A stretch of 13,883 bases of DNA from Tepidisphaeraceae bacterium. Its GTDB lineage: Bacteria > Planctomycetota > Phycisphaerae > Tepidisphaerales > Tepidisphaeraceae. Both the position numbers and the translations under genes were made by a program. The stretch spans positions 1 to 13,883 of the forward strand of contig DASVSS010000377.1 of NCBI GenBank assembly GCA_036387945.1, given 5' to 3'. The notes below the pieces were generated by a model. The model made no database searches, was not told the origin of the DNA, and saw only the letters and a list, made by a program, of their open reading frames with translations. Each line of letters begins with the position of its first letter. Within the stretch, counting starts at the first letter, position 1. Below, piece by piece: positions 8,890-13,883 of this stretch.

Positions 8890-9759
8890 TCACGCCGTCG
8901 GCGTGCTGGCCGGGACGTCGGCGGTGTCGCGGCCCAGGTTGTGCAGCCGCACGGCTTTGCCTTTTTTGCGCAGCCGCAGGTTGAGCATTTCGACGCCGAT
9001 GCTGAACGCCATCGCGAAGTAGATGTACCCCTTGGGGATGTGCCGGTGCGTGGCGTCGACGATGAGCACGACGCCGACGAGGATGAGGAAGCTGAACGCC
9101 AGCATCTTGATCGTCGGGTGATTGTTGACGAAATCGCTGATCGACTTGGCGGCGAAGAGCATCACGCCCACGGCGATGACGACGGCGGTGATCATGATGA
9201 TCAGGCCGGTGCGGAAATGTTCCGGCGTCGTCTGCACCATGCCGACGGCGGTGATGACGCTGTCGAGGCTGAAGACGATGTCGAGGATCAGAATCTGGAC
9301 GATCACGCTCGCGAACGAGATGCCGGCCTTGGCCCCCGTGCCGTGTTCTTCGCCTTCGAGCTTTTCGTGAATTTCGGTGACGCTCTTGTAGATCAGGAAC
9401 AGCCCGCCGGAGAGAAGGATCAGGTCCTTCCAACTGAACGGCTTGTCGTCGGCGACGAGCCACCCGAGCTTATCGCCGATGAAGGGAAGGCCGCTGGTGA
9501 GGCTCATGATCCAGCTGATGCACAGCAGCAGAAGGATGCGCAGCACCATCGCCAGCGTCAGGCCAAGCCGGCGGGCCTTGGCCTGCTGCTCGGTCGGCAA
9601 CTTGTCGGCCAGCACGCTGATGAAAATGATGTTGTCGATGCCCAGGACGATCTCGAGGATCGTCAGAGTCACCAGCGCGACGATCGCGGCGCCGGAAAAG
9701 AGCGACGTGATGCCTTCGGTGGTTCCGCCGGCGGCGGCGAGAAATTCGATCATGGGCAT
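8890..9759 (-). CDS. TerC family integral membrane protein (Alx/YkoY-like)
   Basis: A multi-TM protein with the TerC signature LEIVLGIDNIIFISVLA and a second DxxxxxDS-type segment (LILDIVFSLDSVITAVG). Confidence 0.85.
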   Translation of the reverse strand: MPMIEFLAAAGGTTEGITSLFSGAAIVALVTLTILEIVLGIDNIIFISVLADKLPTEQQAKARRLGLTLAMVLRILLLLCISWIMSLTSGLPFIGDKLGWLVADDKPFSWKDLILLSGGLFLIYKSVTEIHEKLEGEEHGTGAKAGISFASVIVQILILDIVFSLDSVITAVGMVQTTPEHFRTGLIIMITAVVIAVGVMLFAAKSISDFVNNHPTIKMLAFSFLILVGVVLIVDATHRHIPKGYIYFAMAFSIGVEMLNLRLRKKGKAVRLHNLGRDTADVPASTPTA

Positions 9760-9771
9760 GCTTTGCGTTCG

Positions 9772-10371
9772 TCAGGGTTGAATGTTTTCGCTCTCGCGCA
9801 CCTGGCGAAGCAGGTCCGCGAAATCGACGACGATCTCGGGGATCGTGACCGACCGCACCACGCCGGCCAGCGGCACGGGGGGCGGGCCATGATAGGCGCC
9901 GGCGGCATCGAGCGTCAGCACTTCGATCGTTTCGGCGTCGGGGTCGATCAGCCAGTACTCCGGCAGGCCGGCGACGGCGTACTCGACACGCTTGTCGACG
10001 TCGTCGCGGTCCGGGTCGCTGGCGCTGATGATCTCGACCACGAGGTCGGCGTACCGCCACTTCTTGCGGTCGAAGTGACGAAGGTTTTTGGGGGCGAGGA
10101 ACATCACGTCCGGCTCGCGGTACTTCAGTCCAGCCGTCTGTAAGAAGAACGGCGGCAGGACGGCGCGGCCCTTCTTCCCGTCGATGTAGATCGAGCGTAG
10201 GTACTGCCACAGCAGCGCCGAAAGTTCCTGGTGCATCCAGTCGGGCATCGGCACGAACTCCAGCATGCCCTCGTTGAACTCGATCATCCGCCCGTCTTCG
10301 GGCAGGGCGAGGTAGTCGTCGACGGTCCAGTCGCCTTGCAGCGGCAGCGTCGCGAGCTTTTCGAGCGACAT
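9772..10371 (-). CDS. Uma2 family (DUF820) putative restriction-endonuclease-like protein
   Basis: MSLEKLATLPLQGDWTVDDYLALPEDGRMIEFNEGMLEFVPMP...ADLVVEIISASDPDRDDVDKRVEYAVAGLPEYWLIDPDAETIEVLTL matches the Uma2 PD-(D/E)xK-like core. The track ORF extends to 10455 with a 28-aa extension that is unlike other Uma2 proteins, so the start at 10371 is preferred. The gene lies 12 bp upstream of terC. Confidence 0.75.
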   Translation of the reverse strand: MSLEKLATLPLQGDWTVDDYLALPEDGRMIEFNEGMLEFVPMPDWMHQELSALLWQYLRSIYIDGKKGRAVLPPFFLQTAGLKYREPDVMFLAPKNLRHFDRKKWRYADLVVEIISASDPDRDDVDKRVEYAVAGLPEYWLIDPDAETIEVLTLDAAGAYHGPPPVPLAGVVRSVTIPEIVVDFADLLRQVRESENIQP

Positions 10372-10473
10372 TTGCTCGCCGTAGGTCAGCTCCCACGGCG
10401 GCTCACCGCGGCGGCTGGCGCGAGCCGGGAAGTTGTCGACGGTCTTGCCCATCACGATCGATTGTACCCGCGT

Positions 10474-11637
10474 CTACCGCACGCCCATGAGGATTTCCAT
10501 CGTGAGTTGATCGAGTTTCTCGTAAGGCAGCGGGGCCTTTGCCAGCTCGACGCGGTCGAGCGGGGCGGCGAGCAGTTTTTTGGCGTTGCCGTCGCTGAAC
10601 TTTTTCGTCAGCTTGCTCAATTGCCCGTCGTCGATGTTGATCTGCTGGAGAAGGCCCTTGATCTCCGGGTCGGCGTTCCACTTCTGGGCCTTCTCGCGCA
10701 GGACCATGTACGTGCGCATGCAACCTTTGGCGAACTCCTTCACGTCCTCGTAGTTGCTCGTCCGCAGGGCGTGAGCGTCGAACTGGCGCGGGCCGTCGTA
10801 CTTGTAATCGTCCAGCAGCTTCACGAGGAAGAACGCCTGCTTGATGTTGGCCTGGCCGAAGCGGAAGTCCTGGTCGTACCGGCCCATCTCCTGGTCGTTG
10901 AGGTCAATGTGGAACAGCTTGCGCATCTCCAGCGCCTGGGCGACGTGGTGGGTGAAGTTCAGCCCCGCCATCGTTTCGTGCGCCACTTCGGGGTTCACGC
11001 CGCACATTTCCGGGTGCGCCAACGTCGGGATCAGCGCCAGGTAGCTGCCGGTGACGGCAAAGTACATGTGCCCGCGGGGCTCATTGGGCTTTGCCTCGAA
11101 CGCGAACTTGTAGCCGTACTTATTCTGGATCGAATACTCGCAAAGGAAGTCGATCGCTTCGCGGAAGCGCTTGATCGCGTCGACCGGGTTCTTTGTCGCG
11201 TCGCTCTCGGCGCCTTCGCGGCCGCCCCAGAAGACGTAGATCTTGGCGCCGAATTCGGCGCCGAGGTCCATCGCGCGCATCGTCTTCTGGATCGCGTAAG
11301 CCCGCACCCTGGCGTTGTTGCTGGTGAACGCCCCGTCCTTGAAGACCGCGTCGCTGAACAGGTTCGTCGTCGCCATCGGCACGACCAGGCCGTTGTCCTT
11401 GAGGCCCTTGCGGAACTCGCGCTTGATCTCGCCGGCCTGCTCCGGCGTGGCGTCGATGGGGATCAGGTCGTTGTCATGGAAGTTCACGCCGTACGCGCCA
11501 ACGTCGCCGACGAGGTCGCAGATGCCGCGGACGTCGAGCGATTCGCGCGTCGGGCCGCCGAACGGGTCGCGGCCGATGTTGCCGACGGTCCACAACCCGA
11601 ACGTAAACTTCAATTTGCGGTCGACTTCGTACGCCAT
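10474..11637 (-). CDS. xylA: Xylose isomerase, class I (actinobacterial-type, ~388 aa)
   Basis: From the internal ATG at 11637: [27 protein letters not shown]...MATTNLF...FWGGREG...[11 protein letters not shown]...[14 protein letters not shown]...HIDLNDQ. This is collinear with Streptomyces/Arthrobacter XylA. A GAAGGAG Shine-Dalgarno element lies 9 nt upstream of this ATG. The track ORF's 32-aa extension ([16 protein letters not shown]...) looks like an artefact. Confidence 0.9.
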   Translation of the reverse strand: MAYEVDRKLKFTFGLWTVGNIGRDPFGGPTRESLDVRGICDLVGDVGAYGVNFHDNDLIPIDATPEQAGEIKREFRKGLKDNGLVVPMATTNLFSDAVFKDGAFTSNNARVRAYAIQKTMRAMDLGAEFGAKIYVFWGGREGAESDATKNPVDAIKRFREAIDFLCEYSIQNKYGYKFAFEAKPNEPRGHMYFAVTGSYLALIPTLAHPEMCGVNPEVAHETMAGLNFTHHVAQALEMRKLFHIDLNDQEMGRYDQDFRFGQANIKQAFFLVKLLDDYKYDGPRQFDAHALRTSNYEDVKEFAKGCMRTYMVLREKAQKWNADPEIKGLLQQINIDDGQLSKLTKKFSDGNAKKLLAAPLDRVELAKAPLPYEKLDQLTMEILMGVR

Positions 11638-11770
11638 CGCGGTCGGCTCCTTCGGTCTGAAAAAATCCTGAAATGCGAGGCGGGAGTGTCGTCGAAACCA
11701 GCGTCGGCTGCAAGATCGGCTGCAACGATGCAACGACTAACGAAAAGAGTAAACCTTTAGTGAGAGAGAA

Positions 11771-11800
11771 TTGCGTCCACGCTAAAGGATCGCTTAGAAT
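11771..11800 (+). promoter_or_regulatory. Candidate sigma70-like promoter: TTGCGT - 18 bp - TAGAAT
   Basis: ttgcgt at 11771-11776 and tagaat at 11795-11800 sit just upstream of the zinc-ribbon/SPFH ORF, at the left edge of the low-GC segment. The predicted transcription start would be near 11807, giving a very short leader to the GTG at 11820. Confidence 0.3.
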
Positions 11801-11819
11801 ACTTTCTCAACTCGTACGG

Positions 11820-13214
11820 GTGGTCGTGGTGGCATCGGTCAGCAAATTTGACTTTCAGTGTGCCTGCGGCGTCTCTGTGCGCGCCAAGCCTGAACAAGCG
11901 GGCATGAAATACACATGCCCTTCGTGCGGGCAACACGGACGCGTGCCTCGAGTTGGGGTGATTACCAATGACATCTCAGAACAAGAAACCCCGCAAGATC
12001 GGTTAGCTGCCCTGCAAGTCGCGCTCCGCGAGAGGATGAAGGTTCCCTCCACTTTCCGCGAGTTACTGACGCTCTTGGGCTTGGGCTACATCGGCATCGC
12101 GGCGTTATGCTTGATCCTCTCGTTCTTCGGACCTGGCGCGGCGGTCATCGCTTCATTGTTGTTTGCCACTACGTCTATAGCCACCGCTTACCAAATGTGG
12201 CTACTTCTACACGCCCGCCAAAACGTGTTGATAAAGAAAGAAGTAAGGCTCCTTTGGGGAATGGCCAAGCTTGTTGCTTGGGATCCAACCGAAGGCGTGC
12301 TGATTCTCAAAAATAAGTCTGTCACCTTCGCGGATAGCGATCTGCAGGACGGTGCAGGCGGCGTGCGATTTCTTTACCCTATTCTCGGCGAAGAATTGGC
12401 CCTGCGCGTGCCGCTAGAAGTCCAAACGCTGAGCATCCGCGACGAGAATGTCCTGACTCGGGAGTACCTGAATCTGAAGGTGCGCGCGACAATGAAGTGG
12501 CAGATCGTTGACGTGCGCAAGTTCTATTTACTTGTGAGCCGTGAACTGCGCACGACTGGCGACCACAACGACGTAATCCATCAAAGCACGACGACGAAGT
12601 CCATTCCGACGGGTGATGTGGATGCTAAATCCACCGTCAACCGCCTACTAACAGCGGCGATCGAATGGCTGCGGGGCTTGGCGGAAGAGCAGACACGGCT
12701 AGTAGTTTCAAAAGTGCGGTCGGGCTTACTTATCGCCGACCGTCTGGCTACACAGGTGCCTGGTCTTGGGGGGTTGGCCGCTGCGCCTGAAGAAGTGGGA
12801 GGGGCGACCGAAGGGCTTTCCAACAGTATTTACGAAACGATTTCTCACCGTGTTAGCGACTTCGGCATTCGCGTACTTGACGTGTCGCTGCAAGAAGTGC
12901 AATTGCCACCTGAAATAGTGCAGCAGTGTGTGGAAGCGTGCAAGGCAGCATATTTGCCGCTTTTGGCCCAGCGGGAAGCGGCGCGCAAACAAGCCGACTT
13001 GCAAGTGGAAGTCGATTTATTGGGTAAGGAAAACGTGGGGACGACGCGCATAGTCCAAGCAGCACCGGCATATGCATTGGCTGATTTCCTGCAAGAATTC
13101 TTAAAAAAGCAACTGCCAGGAGTCTCACCCGTCGGTACTGGTGTTGCGGCAGCAATCACTCAGGCTGCTATCGCGCAGCCCCCACAATTATCCTCACCGC
13201 CACCGAACGGATAG
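11820..13214 (+). CDS. Zinc-ribbon / two-TM hairpin / SPFH (band-7, stomatin-prohibitin-flotillin-HflKC) domain protein in a low-GC insertion
   Basis: The N-terminus is FQCACGVSVRAKPEQAGMKYTCPSCGQHG, a CxCG...CPxCG zinc ribbon. Two hydrophobic helices follow (LLTLLGLGYIGIAALCLILSFF; AAVIASLLFATTSIATAYQMWLLL). A split SPFH domain comes next: GGVRFLYPILGEELALRVPLEVQTLSIRDENVLTREYLNLKVRATMKWQIVDVRKFYLL, then FGIRVLDVSLQEVQLPPEIVQQCVEACKAAYLPLLAQREAARKQADLQVEV. The tail is low-complexity and Ala/Pro-rich. GC is ~50% against ~65% in the flanks, and rare codons (tta, ata, aaa) are present. The start is uncertain: the track ATG at 11673 would leave only 35 bp to the divergent xylA, so the GTG at 11820 just upstream of the first Cys pair is preferred. 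Confidence 0.75.
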   Translation: MVVVASVSKFDFQCACGVSVRAKPEQAGMKYTCPSCGQHGRVPRVGVITNDISEQETPQDRLAALQVALRERMKVPSTFRELLTLLGLGYIGIAALCLILSFFGPGAAVIASLLFATTSIATAYQMWLLLHARQNVLIKKEVRLLWGMAKLVAWDPTEGVLILKNKSVTFADSDLQDGAGGVRFLYPILGEELALRVPLEVQTLSIRDENVLTREYLNLKVRATMKWQIVDVRKFYLLVSRELRTTGDHNDVIHQSTTTKSIPTGDVDAKSTVNRLLTAAIEWLRGLAEEQTRLVVSKVRSGLLIADRLATQVPGLGGLAAAPEEVGGATEGLSNSIYETISHRVSDFGIRVLDVSLQEVQLPPEIVQQCVEACKAAYLPLLAQREAARKQADLQVEVDLLGKENVGTTRIVQAAPAYALADFLQEFLKKQLPGVSPVGTGVAAAITQAAIAQPPQLSSPPPNG

Positions 13215-13304
13215 GCTCTGATAACCCACCCTCCGTCCCCGATTAGACTTTCACCACGCCCCTCTGCCATGCAATAACGGCTGGCCGCCGCCAGAGAAGC
13301 AAAC

Positions 13305-13341
13305 CCCTCGCCCGGTACTCCGGGAGAGGGTAGGGAGAGGG
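13305..13341. other. GC hairpin (CTCGCCCGG-tact-CCGGGAGAG) overlapping a canonical G-quadruplex motif GGGAGAGGGTAGGGAGAGGG (13322-13341) between convergent genes
   Basis: Both are read directly. The motif has four G3 tracts with loops of 3, 2 and 3 nt on the plus strand. The hairpin stem is 9 bp with one mismatch. There is no U-tract, so it is not a canonical intrinsic terminator. Confidence 0.4.
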
Positions 13342-13392
13342 CAGAGCGTCTAGGCGTTCAACTGCGATGAGGCGGCCGACCGCCCCACCTAA

Positions 13393-13409
13393 CCTCCCCG
13401 CAGGGGAGG
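13393..13409. terminator. Perfect 7-bp GC hairpin CCTCCCC-GCA-GGGGAGG in a convergent intergenic region (possible bidirectional terminator-like structure)
   Basis: Read directly. It sits between the 3' ends of the SPFH gene (+) and the glycoside hydrolase gene (-). It lacks a T-tract. Confidence 0.3.
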
Positions 13410-13513
13410 GACCGGAGATCACCGACACTCCTGATCCGTCCTTCAAACGTCTCGAGCGGGTAAGGCAAACGCAGGATGCGCGGGCGAAGCAAGACATCAT
13501 ATTGGCGTTCCGA

Positions 13514-13883
13514 TTACGCGCCGATCACGTTCCGGCCGGGGATCAATTCCTGCTGCGCCGCGCCGTCATGGAACTGCCCTGTCACGCCCGGCGGCAGGGT
13601 GACGAACCCCTGGAGGCGTTCCCGGCTTCGCTCGAACCGGGCCGTGATCTCGCCGCGCGGGTGGACGCAGACGCCTTGCGCCCAGGCCAGCGGGCCGAGT
13701 TGTGGGGCGACACGCACGCGGACGAACCCCGGCGCCGCCGGGCGGATGCCCAGGAGCGTGGCGTGGAAGTGGTGGACGGGGTGCGCGCCCCAGGCGTGGC
13801 AGTCCGAGCGCGACGGCTCGTCCTGTTCCAGCGTGGTCGACAGGCCGAGTCGTTCGTGGTCAAACCACGGGCGCAATCGCTCG
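13514..13883 (-). CDS. C-terminal portion of a six-hairpin glycoside hydrolase, most like the GH78 alpha-L-rhamnosidase family; the 5' part lies beyond the window end
   Basis: The translation ...SDCHAWGAHPVHHFHATLLGIRPAAPGFVRVRVAPQLGPLAWAQGVCVHPRGEITARFER... resembles the conserved CHAWSAGP...LGIRP...PGF..V.I.P....L.WA.G region near the C-terminus of bacterial alpha-L-rhamnosidases. The reading frame is open to the window edge. Confidence 0.5.
   Translation of the reverse strand, partial: ERLRPWFDHERLGLSTTLEQDEPSRSDCHAWGAHPVHHFHATLLGIRPAAPGFVRVRVAPQLGPLAWAQGVCVHPRGEITARFERSRERLQGFVTLPPGVTGQFHDGAAQQELIPGRNVIGA

Noticed and set aside
9760-9771. Looked for a yybP-ykoY (Mn) riboswitch leader in front of terC
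   Set aside because: Only 12 bp separate terC from the upstream Uma2 gene, which is too short for any riboswitch.
8941-10143. 400-aa plus-strand ORF and the overlapping minus ORFs 8672-9463 and 9470-10396
   Set aside because: They are antisense or alternative frames to the TerC and Uma2 genes, which carry clear family motifs. The translations are Asp/Arg/His-rich low-complexity sequence.
10231-11760. 509-aa plus-strand ORF
   Set aside because: It is antisense to xylA, which matches class I xylose isomerase along its whole length.
13243-13500. 85-aa minus-strand ORF in the convergent intergenic region
   Set aside because: It is composed largely of the G-rich repeats and hairpins read in frame (…PSPYPLPEYRARG…). 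It has no start context and looks like a repeat-derived artefact.
1-13883. Scan for tRNA/rRNA/tmRNA/RNase P hallmarks (GGTTCGAATCC-type T-loops, RNase P P4 consensus, tmRNA tag frame), CRISPR repeat-spacer periodicity and transposase/integrase ORFs
   Set aside because: None were found by eye. Apart from the hexanucleotide SSR and the G-rich motifs, no regularly spaced direct repeats are present, and no ORF resembles a recombinase.

Overview
This is a high-GC (roughly mid-60s %) bacterial chromosomal segment with dense, mostly minus-strand coding. The proteins include a delta-60-repeat protein with an N-terminal LETLERRELLA motif, which suggests Planctomycetota; that motif assignment is from memory. 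From left to right: the 5' part of a Gfo/Idh/MocA oxidoreductase (-), about 900 bp of apparently non-coding DNA, an MBL-fold metallo-hydrolase (+), then a same-strand run of guaA, an arsM-like arsenite methyltransferase and nhaA (-). Next come a large multidomain secreted-type protein (delta-60 beta-propeller repeats, a PT-linker, an FN3-like module and a lower-GC helical C-terminal domain of unknown function) (-), a tightly packed xylA -> Uma2 endonuclease -> TerC run (-), and a clearly lower-GC (~50%) single-gene insertion (+). That insertion encodes an N-terminal Cys4 zinc ribbon, a two-helix membrane hairpin and an SPFH/band-7 domain. A G-rich hairpin/G-quadruplex intergenic region follows, and then the 3' end of a six-hairpin glycoside hydrolase (GH78-like) gene (-). 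No rRNA, tRNA, CRISPR array or recognisable transposase/integrase was seen. Most of the other long ORFs in the six-frame track are antisense artefacts of the high GC content. The most interesting loci are the compositionally foreign zinc-ribbon-SPFH gene wedged between two sugar-catabolic genes and the mosaic C-terminus of the delta-60/FN3 protein.
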